NCBI GenBank assembly: GCA_963667145.1
Contig: OY762943.1
Location: 145,459-209,458, forward strand
Direction: 5' to 3'
DNA length: 64,000 nt
Source of the DNA: Candidatus Cloacimonadota bacterium
Lineage (GTDB): Bacteria > Cloacimonadota > Cloacimonadia > G963667145
Both the position numbers and the translations under genes were made by a program. The first letter of the stretch is position 1. Each line of letters starts with the position of its first letter. Below, one piece after another: positions 46,136 through 56,552 of this stretch. The notes below the pieces were generated by a model. That model saw nothing but the letters and a program-made list of their open reading frames with translations. It was not told the origin of the DNA and ran no database searches.

Positions 46136-46948
46136 ATGAAGTTTGATTTTGATTATTATGCCCCAGAATCAGAAAGTGAACTCTTAGATCTTTTAGCCAA
46201 TACAAATGATGCAGTTATTTTAGGTGGTGGAACAGATTTGATAGTGAACATGAGGGCAGGACTCAGAAAGCCTGCAGCTGTTATCGACTTTAAAAAAATA
46301 GCCGGTTGTAATAAGATTGAATTTTCTTCTGACAAAGGTTTGGTTATCGGTGCAGGTGCTACGGTGAATGAGCTTTTGGAAGACAAAGTTGTAAAAGAGA
46401 AGTTTCCTATTTTGGCTGACGCATGCCATTTGTTGGCTTCTCATCAACTTCGCAATAGAGCAACTGTGATAGGTAATGTGGTTAACGCTTCTCCATCTGG
46501 AGATTTGCCTCCAGTGTTCTTGGTTTTGGATGCGTCCATTAAGTTGGTTAGCAAAAAAGGCGAAAGAGTAGTTCCGTTAAAAGATTTCTTTACCGGAGTT
46601 AAAAAAACTGTGCTCGCTACGGATGAATGGGCAAAAGAGATTATTGTGCCTGCAAATAGTGCAAACGCTAAGGGTGGTTACAAAAAACTTACCAGAATTA
46701 AAGGTCACGATTTGTCTTTGTTGGGTGTAGCTGTTGCTAAGGGTAACGACTTCCTTGCTGTGTCTGTAAATGCTGCTGCTCCAACTCCAGTGTTAGTTGG
46801 CAAATATTCTGCAGATACTAAAGTTGACAAAGTTGTTGACGAAATCTCAAACAAAATATCACCTATCGATGATGTCCGTTGTAGCAAAGAGTATAGGATG
46901 TTTATGGCTAAGAAGTATGCCAAAGATATTATGAAGGAGATTGCATAA
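46136..46948 (+). CDS. Mo-hydroxylase FAD-binding subunit, operon 2
   Basis: ILGGGTDLIV, ATVIGNV FAD-binding motifs. Paralog of 40718-41488. Confidence 0.8.
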   Translation: MKFDFDYYAPESESELLDLLANTNDAVILGGGTDLIVNMRAGLRKPAAVIDFKKIAGCNKIEFSSDKGLVIGAGATVNELLEDKVVKEKFPILADACHLLASHQLRNRATVIGNVVNASPSGDLPPVFLVLDASIKLVSKKGERVVPLKDFFTGVKKTVLATDEWAKEIIVPANSANAKGGYKKLTRIKGHDLSLLGVAVAKGNDFLAVSVNAAAPTPVLVGKYSADTKVDKVVDEISNKISPIDDVRCSKEYRMFMAKKYAKDIMKEIA

Positions 46949-47415
46949 TGAAAACTATTTCTGTAAAAGTTAATGGTGATATGTACACCAAAGACGTAGC
47001 TGATAGTCAAATTCTGTTGCATTTTTTGAGAGATGATCTTGGTTTTACTGCTGCCAAAGAAGGTTGTGGAGCTGGAGAGTGCGGTGCTTGTACCATCTTT
47101 ATGAATGGTAGAGTCGTTAATGCATGTCTTGTTTTTGCTGCTGAGGCTGATGGTGCTGAGATTGTTACTCTGGAAAATGAGTCTAAAAATGGGGAATTGT
47201 CTGAATTGCAAAAAGCTTTTCAAAAGCATCAAGCTGTTCAATGTGGATATTGCACAGCTGGAATGATTATGTCTGTTAAAGAGCTTTTGCTTCGTAATTC
47301 AAAGCCGTCTGTTGACGAAATCAAGGAACAAATTGAAGGAAACTTCTGTCGTTGTACTGGATATAGTCAAATCATAGACGCTGTTTTGGACGTAACCGGA
47401 CAATTGGATAATTAG
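46948..47415 (+). CDS. Mo-hydroxylase [2Fe-2S] subunit, operon 2
   Basis: CGAGECGACTI, QCGYCTAG, CRCTGY motifs. Confidence 0.85.
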   Translation: MKTISVKVNGDMYTKDVADSQILLHFLRDDLGFTAAKEGCGAGECGACTIFMNGRVVNACLVFAAEADGAEIVTLENESKNGELSELQKAFQKHQAVQCGYCTAGMIMSVKELLLRNSKPSVDEIKEQIEGNFCRCTGYSQIIDAVLDVTGQLDN

Positions 47416-47434
47416 GAAAGAGGGAGAAATTGTT

Positions 47435-49822
47435 ATGTACGAAAATGATAAAAATCTCAAGTATATAGGTAAAGATATCCCACGTAAAGATACCGTTTCC
47501 AAAATTTCTGGTGAGGCTCTTTACGCTACTGATATGGTACTTCCGGGTATGCTTCATGGTTTGGTGAAAGTTAGTCCTTATGCGAGTGCAAAAATTCTGA
47601 AGATAGATACGAGTAAAGCTGAGGCTTTGCCAGGGGTTAGAGGTGTTTTGACAGGTAAGGAACTTGATTATAAAATTGGTCTTTACTTAGTGGATAAAGA
47701 TGTTCTTGCTAAAGATTTTGTTAGACATTATGGCGAGGCTGTAGCGGCTGTTGCTGCTGATGATTTGAAGATTGCACAACAAGCTATTGACCTTATCGAA
47801 GTTGAATACGAAGAGTTGACTCCAGTGCTTAATGTAAAAGATGCACTCAAAGAGGATGCTCCAGTTATTCATCCTGATTTGGGCAAATACGACTATTTTG
47901 AGCCTTGTTTCACTCCTCAGCCAGGAACTAACGTTGCGAACCACACTAAAACTAGAAAAGGTGATGTGGACAAAGCTTTTGCAAATTCCGACTATATAGT
48001 AGAGCGTGAATATACCAATCCTGCTGTGCAACACGTGCCGATGGAAACTCATGCTGCTATCGTTCAATGGAAAACCAACGACAATATTCAAATTTGGTCT
48101 TCTGCTCAATCTGCATTTACCGTTAGAAACTTGATGGCGACTTCTTTCAAATTGCCTCATTCCAAAATCAAAGTTACTATTCCTAACGTTGGTGGTGGAT
48201 TTGGTGGTAAAGCTGGTGTTGGTATTGAGCCTCTTGTGGCTTGTCTTTCCAAGAAAGCTGGTGGACGTCCTGTTAAATTTGTTGCTTCTCGTGAAGAAGA
48301 GTTCTATATGTTGCCAAGACGTACTGGTCTTACCTATAACATCAAAACTGGTCTTGCCAAAGACGGTAAAATTTTGGGTCAAAAAATGACTCTTTACTGG
48401 GATGCTGGTGCTTATGCTGATTATGCTGTGAACGTAACCAGAGCAACTGGTTATTCGGCTAACGGCCCTTATCATATTCCAGATGCTTGGCTCGACGGAT
48501 ACACAATTTATACAAACTTGCCTTATTCTACTGCTTATAGAGGATTTGGACACGTAGAATTTTCTTGGGGATTGGAGCGTCATATGGATTTGTGTGCTCA
48601 GGCTCTTAACATTGACCCTTATGAATTCCGTAAGATAAATATGTACAAACCTGGTTCCACTACTATCACAGGCGAAGAGATTACCGCTAACTCAGGTGAT
48701 GTTCGCAAGTGTATGGAAACAGTCAAAGAAGCTATCGGCTATGGCAAGTTGAGTGCTGAAGAAAAAGCTATTGAAGCTACAGGTAAAAAAATTGGTAAAG
48801 CTATGGTGACTTTCAAAAAAGCACCTGCAATGCCTGCTTTTACTGGCTCTACAACTACCATCAGAATGAACGAAGATGGAACAGTTAACGCAAACCTTAC
48901 TCTTACTGAGATTGGTCAAGGTGCTTACACTGCAATGGCAGGAATGATTGCTGAGCGTCTTCGTATTCCTTATGAAGATGTAAACGTTACTATTTACTGT
49001 GATACCGAACACGACCCCTATGACTGGCAAACTGTGGCTTCCAAAGGTTTGTTCATGAGTGGTAATGCAACTATCAAAGCCGCTGACGACTTATTGGAAA
49101 GAGCTTACAAAGTTGCTGCTGAAGTTTTGAGATGTGATGTTGTCGATTTGGATCACCAAGACGGCAAAATCTTTATCAAACACCATACCAAATCTTTCGT
49201 TACTTTTGCTCAAGTTGCTGTTGGATACGCCTATCCTAACGGAAATGGTATTGGCGGACCTATCTTGGGTGTTGGAAGTTACATCGCTCAAGGTCTTACC
49301 AACTTGGAAAAAACCACTGGTCAAGGCTATCCCGCTTTGGATTGGACAATGGGAGTTCACGGTGTAATTGTGGAAGCTGACCCTGAATCTGGTGAATATA
49401 CTATCAGAAAAATTGCTACAGCTATGGACTTAGGTAAAGTTATCAACCTTGGATGTGCCAAAGGTCAAACTTTCGGTGCTGTTATTCAAGGAATGGGAAC
49501 AGGTGTTTGTGAAGGCTACATCTACAACGATAAAGGTGTTCTGATGAACCCTAACTTCACTGACAATAAAATTCCTACTTCCAAAGATATGCCTCTTGAA
49601 ATGGAATTTTATCCTGTTGAGACTCCGCAACTTGACGGACCTTTTGGAGCTAGAGGTATTGGTGAACCACCAATGTTGTCTGTTGCTGCGGGTATTGGTA
49701 ACGCACTTAAAGATGCTTTGGGTATCGAACTTCTTAACTTGCCAATAAAAGCTGAAAATGTTTGGGAAGCAATCGCTGAAAAAGACAAATTCAATGTTGC
49801 TGACTATGTAACTAAAAAATAA
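47435..49822 (+). CDS. Mo-hydroxylase molybdopterin-binding large subunit, operon 2
   Basis: 795 aa. Paralog of 41937-44270 (GGGFGGK, GIGEPP motifs). Confidence 0.85.
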   Translation: MYENDKNLKYIGKDIPRKDTVSKISGEALYATDMVLPGMLHGLVKVSPYASAKILKIDTSKAEALPGVRGVLTGKELDYKIGLYLVDKDVLAKDFVRHYGEAVAAVAADDLKIAQQAIDLIEVEYEELTPVLNVKDALKEDAPVIHPDLGKYDYFEPCFTPQPGTNVANHTKTRKGDVDKAFANSDYIVEREYTNPAVQHVPMETHAAIVQWKTNDNIQIWSSAQSAFTVRNLMATSFKLPHSKIKVTIPNVGGGFGGKAGVGIEPLVACLSKKAGGRPVKFVASREEEFYMLPRRTGLTYNIKTGLAKDGKILGQKMTLYWDAGAYADYAVNVTRATGYSANGPYHIPDAWLDGYTIYTNLPYSTAYRGFGHVEFSWGLERHMDLCAQALNIDPYEFRKINMYKPGSTTITGEEITANSGDVRKCMETVKEAIGYGKLSAEEKAIEATGKKIGKAMVTFKKAPAMPAFTGSTTTIRMNEDGTVNANLTLTEIGQGAYTAMAGMIAERLRIPYEDVNVTIYCDTEHDPYDWQTVASKGLFMSGNATIKAADDLLERAYKVAAEVLRCDVVDLDHQDGKIFIKHHTKSFVTFAQVAVGYAYPNGNGIGGPILGVGSYIAQGLTNLEKTTGQGYPALDWTMGVHGVIVEADPESGEYTIRKIATAMDLGKVINLGCAKGQTFGAVIQGMGTGVCEGYIYNDKGVLMNPNFTDNKIPTSKDMPLEMEFYPVETPQLDGPFGARGIGEPPMLSVAAGIGNALKDALGIELLNLPIKAENVWEAIAEKDKFNVADYVTKK

Positions 49823-49846
49823 AACTCACAAAAAAAAGGAGAAATT

Positions 49847-51064
49847 ATGCAAAAAGTTGATGGAAAAACTGTCATTCTTGGTTTGCAACACACATTCGTA
49901 ATGTTTGGTGCTACTGTGCTCGTTCCTATTCTTACAGGATTGGATGTGGGCGTAACCTTGTTCATGGCAGGTATTGGTACTTGGTTATTCCATATTTTAA
50001 CCAAGTTTGAAGTTCCTGTATTCTTGGGAAGTTCTTTTGCTTTCATGCCAGGAATCTTTGCAGTTGTTAAAATGGAAGGTGGTACTTTGTCTGAGGCATG
50101 CGGGGGTATCGTTTTGGCAGGTCTTGTGTATGTTTTGGCGTCTATTATTTTTAAAATAGTAGGTCACGAAAATCTTCATAAGATTCTTCCTCCTCACGTT
50201 ACTGGGCCGGTTATTATTTTGATTGGTCTTCTCTTGGCACCTGTAGCTATTGGTAGTGCACAAGCTAACTGGGCTTTGGCTATGTTTACTTTTGCAGTTG
50301 CAGCTTTTGTTAAGATTTTCTTTGAAAAAAGAAACAAATTACTTTCTATGTTGCCTGTTCTCATCTCTTTGATAGCTGGGTATGTTGTCAGCATGATCTT
50401 CGGTTTGGTTGACTATACTCCTATCAGCGATGCTGCTTGGTTTGGTGTTCCAAAATTTACCATGGCTACTTTCTCAGGTCGTAGTGCAGCTATCATTATC
50501 CCTATTGCTATTGTTACACTTGTAGAGCACTTTGGTGATGTACTTGCTATTGGTAATGTTGTTGGTAAAGACTTTATCAAAGAACCTGGTGTTCACAGAA
50601 CTGCTCTTGGTGATGGGGTTGCAACTAGTTTGTCTGCTCTTTTCGGTGGTCCTGCTAACACTACATATTCTGAGAATACTGGTGCAGTTGCTCTTACAGG
50701 AGCAAGAAATCCTGTTATCATGAGAGTTGCTGCTTGTTTTGCTATTTTGCTTGCTTTTATTCCTAAGTTTACTTCTATTATTAGCACAATTCCTGGACCA
50801 GTTATCGGTGGAATTTCTATTTTGCTTTTCGGTATGATTTCTTCTATCGGTATTAGCAATATGGTTCAAGCTAAGATTGATTTTGCTGACCCTAGACCTT
50901 TGATGACAGCTGCTACTATTTTGGTTATTGGACTTGGTGGTGCTAGCATTTCTCTTGGAGGTGTTACTTTCCAAGGTCTTGGTTTGGGTGCTATAGTAGG
51001 TATTCTTTTGAATGCTGTTTTCTTGCTTACTACTAAAGAGCCAATTAAAAAGCTTGAAGACTAA
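49847..51064 (+). CDS. NCS2-family nucleobase permease (xanthine/uracil permease)
   Basis: 405 aa, 12-14 TM. N-terminal VILGLQHTFVMFGATVLVP typical of NCS2/UraA-PbuX. Confidence 0.8.
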   Translation: MQKVDGKTVILGLQHTFVMFGATVLVPILTGLDVGVTLFMAGIGTWLFHILTKFEVPVFLGSSFAFMPGIFAVVKMEGGTLSEACGGIVLAGLVYVLASIIFKIVGHENLHKILPPHVTGPVIILIGLLLAPVAIGSAQANWALAMFTFAVAAFVKIFFEKRNKLLSMLPVLISLIAGYVVSMIFGLVDYTPISDAAWFGVPKFTMATFSGRSAAIIIPIAIVTLVEHFGDVLAIGNVVGKDFIKEPGVHRTALGDGVATSLSALFGGPANTTYSENTGAVALTGARNPVIMRVAACFAILLAFIPKFTSIISTIPGPVIGGISILLFGMISSIGISNMVQAKIDFADPRPLMTAATILVIGLGGASISLGGVTFQGLGLGAIVGILLNAVFLLTTKEPIKKLED

Positions 51065-51078
51065 AGAATAGTTAATTT

Positions 51079-51873
51079 TTGATTAGACTTAAAGGCGAAA
51101 TAAGAGGAAGGCTTTTTGCTCCGTTGGAGATGGTTGGCAGAGTACATACCATCTTTAGCAAGGCGGTGAACGTGCTGGTTGGTAATCAGTATTACACATT
51201 GCTCAGAGACGAAAATTTGCTTTCCCCTTATTCGCTTTTGGTTACATCTCTATTCGCCAAAAAAATAGAGTTGAAAAGCCAACTGGTTTATTTTTATCAA
51301 GATGTGGTGAAAATAGGTGAGTTGGTGGAGATAGAGTTGCCGAGAGATTCGGTTGATATGGCTCTTGACTCTAAGGATGAGATTGCTACTGGATTCGATT
51401 TTGATGTAGAGAATTTGGTTGAATTTATTTGTTCGTTTGGTAAGCCTGAGGGCTTATTGGGGATTATAGATAAGGCAATTTCGTCTGTGTGGAGCAATAA
51501 GGCTCTAAGGGTATTGGGAGATGGTGAGTTGGAACGCTGTGCTGACTTGGTTGGTTTGGGAATAGGGTTTACTCCCAGCGGGGACGATTTTTTGTGTGGT
51601 GTGCTTTTGGGACTTGATGCGTTGGGGAGAGAGGAAGAGTTTGTGCTGTTGAAAAACCGCTTGGACTTGGAGAGAACGAGTTTGGGTGGCAGAAGTCTTC
51701 TTATGGGGGCTTTGCTAAGGCAATATCCACTTGCTTTTAGAAATTTTGTTTGTGGTGTGGGTAAGGGTAATTTGGACAAAGAGATATTTAATTTTGGATC
51801 CACTTCAGGCACTGATTTTGCTTGTGGATTATGTTGGGTTTTAAAAAAATATAATGAAAGGAAAAGACGATGA
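51079..51873 (+). CDS. DUF2877-like protein (YlbF/AllH-like by context); start uncertain
   Basis: 264 aa, immediately upstream of and overlapping the fdrA homolog. Assignment is by synteny with E. coli fdrA-ylbE-ylbF. Confidence 0.4.
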   Translation: MIRLKGEIRGRLFAPLEMVGRVHTIFSKAVNVLVGNQYYTLLRDENLLSPYSLLVTSLFAKKIELKSQLVYFYQDVVKIGELVEIELPRDSVDMALDSKDEIATGFDFDVENLVEFICSFGKPEGLLGIIDKAISSVWSNKALRVLGDGELERCADLVGLGIGFTPSGDDFLCGVLLGLDALGREEEFVLLKNRLDLERTSLGGRSLLMGALLRQYPLAFRNFVCGVGKGNLDKEIFNFGSTSGTDFACGLCWVLKKYNERKRR

Positions 51874-53423
51874 AAGAAATCTATGTAGAGAAAGATTCGT
51901 ACTTTGATTCCGTTGTGTTGATGCTTATCAATCGTGAAGTCAAAAAAATCGAAGGTATTTCCGAGGCTGTTGTGGCTATGGGTACGCCCATGAACTTGGA
52001 TTTGTTGAACGATTTGAAAATGGTTAACGATGATGTTAAAAGTGCTACACCCAACGATTTAATCATTGCTATCGAGTCTGATGATGAAGCTGTCTTGGCT
52101 GAAGCGATGGAAACAGCTAAGAAAAAGCTGAACGAAAAGGGTTCGGCTGATGAGGGAGAAACCTATAAACCGGCTACTTTGGAAGCTGCTATTAACACTT
52201 ATTCCGACATTAACATGGTTGTGATTTCTTTGCCAGGTGCTTTTGCACCTTCTCAAGTGCGTAAAGCTCTTAACAATGGCAGACACGTGATGCTTTTCTC
52301 TGATAACATTCCGCTTGAGCAAGAGATTTCCCTAAAGAAATTGGCTAAAGAAAAAGGTCTTTTGATGATGGGTCCTGACTGTGGAACCGCTATCATTAAT
52401 GGCAAACCTTTGTGCTTTGCCAACGTGGTGAAAAAAGGTCCTATCGGTGTTGTTGGTGCTTCTGGAACAGGTTTGCAAGAGATTACTTGTAGTATCGAAA
52501 AATTTGGTTCAGGTGTATCTCAAGGAATTGGTACTGGCGGAAGAGACTTGAAGAGCGAAGAAATCGGTGGAACAATGATGTTGATGGGTATCGAAGCTCT
52601 GAAAAACGACCCTGAAACTAAGGTTATCACAATCGTTTCCAAGCCTCCTGTAGAATCTGTTGCCAAAAAAGTTATCGATGCTTTGGAAAATTCTGGAAAG
52701 CCAGGTGTTGTTCACTTCATCGGTTTGGATGGTGAAGACACAAAGAATGTTCATTTTGCCAAGAACTTGGAAGAGGCTGCTAAAATGGCTGTTGCTCTTG
52801 CCAATAACGAAAAATTTGAAAGAACTTTGTTTACCATTTCAGACAGCGAAGTTGATGCAATTGTTGCTAAAGAAACCGCTAAAATTGCAAGTCATCAAAA
52901 ATATTTGAGAGGTATGTACACTGGTGGAACTCTTGCTGATGAGGCTATGATTCTGCTTAATGACAGCCTTGGCGGAGTTTATTCTTTTGATCACGTTGAC
53001 AAAAATTTCATCTTGAAAGATCCGTTCAAATCTACTGGACACACTATTGTGGATTTGGGAGAAGATGTATTCACTAATGGTCGTCCTCACCCGATGATTG
53101 AGCCGGGCACCAGAGATGACAGAATTCTTTTGGAAGCTAAAGATAAAGAAATCGCTTTGATGTTGCTTGACGTTGTGATTGGTTACGGTTCGCATGTTGA
53201 CCCTGCTGGTGCTATTTTGGACAGTTTGAAAGTGGCTAAGGACAGTGCGGAAAAGAATGGTGGTTATTTGTCAATAGTAGCTTCTATTACAGGTACCGAG
53301 GGAGATTACCAAGGATTTGCTGACCAAAAACGCAAATTGGAATCTATCGGTGTTGTAGTGATGCCTTCTAACTATCAGGCTTCTATGTTGGCTCTGAAAA
53401 TTATGGAAAAGGTAGGTAAATAA
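51870..53423 (+). CDS. fdrA: FdrA (AllF)-like succinyl-CoA-synthetase-alpha-fold protein
   Basis: Extended similarity to E. coli FdrA: FDSVVLMLI, MGTPMN, ATPNDLIIAIES, MLFSDNIPLEQEISLKKLAKEKGLLMMGPDCGT, GVVGASGTGLQE. Confidence 0.85.
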   Translation: MKEIYVEKDSYFDSVVLMLINREVKKIEGISEAVVAMGTPMNLDLLNDLKMVNDDVKSATPNDLIIAIESDDEAVLAEAMETAKKKLNEKGSADEGETYKPATLEAAINTYSDINMVVISLPGAFAPSQVRKALNNGRHVMLFSDNIPLEQEISLKKLAKEKGLLMMGPDCGTAIINGKPLCFANVVKKGPIGVVGASGTGLQEITCSIEKFGSGVSQGIGTGGRDLKSEEIGGTMMLMGIEALKNDPETKVITIVSKPPVESVAKKVIDALENSGKPGVVHFIGLDGEDTKNVHFAKNLEEAAKMAVALANNEKFERTLFTISDSEVDAIVAKETAKIASHQKYLRGMYTGGTLADEAMILLNDSLGGVYSFDHVDKNFILKDPFKSTGHTIVDLGEDVFTNGRPHPMIEPGTRDDRILLEAKDKEIALMLLDVVIGYGSHVDPAGAILDSLKVAKDSAEKNGGYLSIVASITGTEGDYQGFADQKRKLESIGVVVMPSNYQASMLALKIMEKVGK

Positions 53424-53424
53424 G

Positions 53425-54849
53425 ATGGATGTTAAAGCTATAAATAAATTGTTTACCCAAAATTTAGTTGCCGCTAATATGGGTTTGGAGAGTTTTGCTG
53501 ATAACTTGAGAGAGCAAGATACCAAAGCTATTCAAGTTGCTTGGAAGCCGCCTGCTGGTGGTGATCCAAAATTGGTTGCTCTTTTGGATGCTATCGAAGC
53601 GAGTGTGGATGTTCCTGCTGCTAACGCCAAAGCTATCAAAAATATTATGGATTCTAAGCCTGTTTTGATGGATATTGGTGTTGCTCTTAATGATATTCCT
53701 GGAATGGAAGAAAAGATGTTCTTGCATTCAGGACCTCCAGTAACTTGGGAAAGAATGAGTGGACCTACTCGTGGTGCCGTGATTGGCGGTATCATTTTTG
53801 AAGGTTGGGCTTCTACTCCAGAAGAGGCTGAAAAATTGGCTGCTTCTGGTGCGATTAAATTCGACCCTTGTCATCATCATAGCACAGTTGGACCGATGGC
53901 TGGTATCGTTACTCCGAGCATGCCTGTTTGGATAGTGAAGAACGAAACTTTTGGCAATATTGCTTATGCTACCCTGAACGAAGGTTTGGGCAAAGTGCTT
54001 CGTTATGGTGCTTACGGCGAGGAAGTTAACAACCGTTTGACTTGGATGAAAGACGTTTTGGCTCCTGTTTTGAAAGCTGCTCTTAAAGCTCACGGACCTT
54101 TCGATATGAAGAACGTGATTGCTCAAGTTTTGCAAATGGGTGATGAAGGTCACAACCGTAACCGTGCAGGTACTTCTATCGTTATTAGAGAGCTTGCTAG
54201 TTGTTTGGTTAAATTGGATGGTTTCAGCAAGGAAGATATTGCTGCTGTGTTTGATTTTCTTAATGAAAACGACCACTTCTTCCTTAACTTGTCTATGCCT
54301 ACTGCCAAAGCGATTATCGATTCTGCGGCTAATATAGAAGGTTCTACCATCGTGACAGTGATGGCGAGAAATGGTACGGATTTTGGTATCAGAGTTTCTG
54401 GGCTCGGTGATGAATGGTTTGTTGACCAAGCTCCGATAGTTGAGGGTCTTTATCTTCCAGGTTACACCGAAGATGATGCTGCTCGCGATATTGGTGACTC
54501 TACCATTACCGAGACTGCTGGATTTGGTGGATTTGCTATGGCTGCTGCTCCTGCTATTGTTAAGTTTGTTGGTGGTTCGCCTGATGACGCACTCACTTTC
54601 ACCAAGAGAATGTATGAGATTACTGATGGTGAAAATAGCACTTTCCAAATTCCTATATTGGATTTCCGTGGTACACCAACTGGTATTAACTTAATCAAGA
54701 TTATTGAGACGGGAATTATGCCAGCTATCAATACGGGTATTGCTCACAAAACTCCAGGTGTTGGTATGGTTGGAGCAGGACTTGTAGAGCCACCTATGAA
54801 GTGTTTCACTGATGCTTTGGAAGCTTTTGCTAAAAAATATTCTAAATAA
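53425..54849 (+). CDS. DUF1116-like protein (YlbE/AllG-like by context)
   Basis: 474 aa, translationally coupled to the fdrA homolog. Assignment is by synteny. Confidence 0.45.
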   Translation: MDVKAINKLFTQNLVAANMGLESFADNLREQDTKAIQVAWKPPAGGDPKLVALLDAIEASVDVPAANAKAIKNIMDSKPVLMDIGVALNDIPGMEEKMFLHSGPPVTWERMSGPTRGAVIGGIIFEGWASTPEEAEKLAASGAIKFDPCHHHSTVGPMAGIVTPSMPVWIVKNETFGNIAYATLNEGLGKVLRYGAYGEEVNNRLTWMKDVLAPVLKAALKAHGPFDMKNVIAQVLQMGDEGHNRNRAGTSIVIRELASCLVKLDGFSKEDIAAVFDFLNENDHFFLNLSMPTAKAIIDSAANIEGSTIVTVMARNGTDFGIRVSGLGDEWFVDQAPIVEGLYLPGYTEDDAARDIGDSTITETAGFGGFAMAAAPAIVKFVGGSPDDALTFTKRMYEITDGENSTFQIPILDFRGTPTGINLIKIIETGIMPAINTGIAHKTPGVGMVGAGLVEPPMKCFTDALEAFAKKYSK

Positions 54850-54879
54850 AAAAAATATATTAAAAAAAGGAGATATATC

Positions 54880-55698
54880 ATGACAAATCAAGAATTCATG
54901 GACATGATGTCCAAAGATATCAAAATGTATGATTTGACAATGAGATTGTCTGTACACACACCACCATGGCCAAGTTATATGCCTCTTGGCTTGCAATATT
55001 TCAAAAGAATTGCTGGTGCTCACATGGGTCAAGGAGCTAATGGACAAATAGTTCACACTTCTAACCACGTTGGTACCCACATTGACGGTGAAGTTCACTT
55101 CTTCGCTGCTGGTCGTACTATTGGTGATACTCCAATGGATTTTTGGGTAGGAGATGCAGCTGTTGCTGATATTTCTGACAAAGTTCAAGACTATGATTTT
55201 TATACCCCAGAAATGATTGAGGAAGTAGTGGAAGTTAGAGAAGGTGATATTCTTGTAATCAACACCGGTTACAATCGCTATGGCTGGGACCAACCAGGAG
55301 CTGATGAGTTGAGATATTTTGTTAAGCATCCAGGTCCTTCTCCAGAGTTCCACAAATGGGCAATCAAGAAAAAAATCAAATGGATTGGGATTGATGCAGG
55401 TTCTGCTGATCACCCAATGAACACCATTATTAGAACTTGGCACCCAAAAGATTTCATCAAAACTGATGAGTTGATGAAAGAAAAATATGGCAAGAGCTTT
55501 GATGAATTGTATCCATTGGATGAATTCTATCAAGTGATGCACTTGAATTTGTTCCCAAAAGGTCTTATTCATGCAGAGAACCTTGGTGGTCAAATTAATG
55601 AGCTCGGAAGCAAGAGAGTATGGCTTGGATTGTTCCCTCTTCGTGGTATTGAGATGGAATCTTCTATGTGTCGTATCGTTGCTTTGGAGCCTAAATAA
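54880..55698 (+). CDS. Cyclase-family metal-dependent amidohydrolase (kynurenine-formamidase-like fold)
   Basis: HVGTHIDGEVHF matches the HxGTHxDxPxH cyclase-family motif. RBS aaaggag. Confidence 0.7.
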   Translation: MTNQEFMDMMSKDIKMYDLTMRLSVHTPPWPSYMPLGLQYFKRIAGAHMGQGANGQIVHTSNHVGTHIDGEVHFFAAGRTIGDTPMDFWVGDAAVADISDKVQDYDFYTPEMIEEVVEVREGDILVINTGYNRYGWDQPGADELRYFVKHPGPSPEFHKWAIKKKIKWIGIDAGSADHPMNTIIRTWHPKDFIKTDELMKEKYGKSFDELYPLDEFYQVMHLNLFPKGLIHAENLGGQINELGSKRVWLGLFPLRGIEMESSMCRIVALEPK

Positions 55699-55762
55699 GA
55701 TATTTGAGTAGTGTAAATTACTTGAAAAAATAAAAAAAGCATATATTAAGGAGACATGTAAA

Positions 55763-56494
55763 ATGCCTAAAAGAGTAGATCAAAATAATCTTCCAAGCTT
55801 GGAAGAAATTGAAGGACTTTTGAATGCACCAAAAGCCCCAGAAATGAAACCTTATCCGCCTAAAAAAATTAAGTTGAAAGACGGTAAAGTGATGGTAGTA
55901 AGAGAAGCTACCTTTAGAGATATTAACCAACTTTTGGAAGCTGTTAGACCTTTGATGTTTGTACCAGACGATTGGTATGACATTGTTTCAGTTAGAATGT
56001 ACGGTGAAATCTTGGGTTGGTACCGCAATAGAGTTGCTAACTGTTTCGTGATTGTTGGAACAGTAGATGGCGAATTGGTTGGTATTGTTACTTCTCGTCA
56101 CAAAAACAAAGATACTGGTATGAGCCTTCACACTCTTGCTCTTAAAAGAGGTTGTAGAGCTGGTGCTCACTTGTTGGCTGCTAAGATGGAGCATCATCTT
56201 GATATTTTGGGCGAAAAAGAGGTTCTTATCGTTGCTGAATCTACTAACGGATTCCGCAGATGGATGGGCGAGTACGGTATGATGGACTATACTGATCTTT
56301 ACAAAGATGGTTTTGGTTTGTCACACGAACTTGGTGGTGGACCAACTTTCTCATTGACCAAAGAAATTTGGGACGAGATGAAAGCTGAAAAATGCAAAAA
56401 TGATGGTACACCAACTGAAGAAGAATTGGCTGCAACTTATCCTTTGAAAGTTCCTAGAGAGTATCCTCAAATTCTTGGATTTGCTAGAAACTAA
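55763..56494 (+). CDS. Hypothetical protein, possible GNAT-like fold
   Basis: 243 aa. No firm motifs. Last gene of the catabolic block before a strong terminator. Confidence 0.3.
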   Translation: MPKRVDQNNLPSLEEIEGLLNAPKAPEMKPYPPKKIKLKDGKVMVVREATFRDINQLLEAVRPLMFVPDDWYDIVSVRMYGEILGWYRNRVANCFVIVGTVDGELVGIVTSRHKNKDTGMSLHTLALKRGCRAGAHLLAAKMEHHLDILGEKEVLIVAESTNGFRRWMGEYGMMDYTDLYKDGFGLSHELGGGPTFSLTKEIWDEMKAEKCKNDGTPTEEELAATYPLKVPREYPQILGFARN

Positions 56495-56524
56495 TAATTC
56501 TTTAGTTTAAAGTAATTTATTATT

Positions 56525-56552
56525 GCAGGGTCTGAAAAGGCCCTGCTTTTTT
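56525..56552 (+). terminator. Rho-independent terminator GCAGGGtctgaaaagGCCCTGC-TTTTTT
   Basis: GC stem plus T6. Confidence 0.75.
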
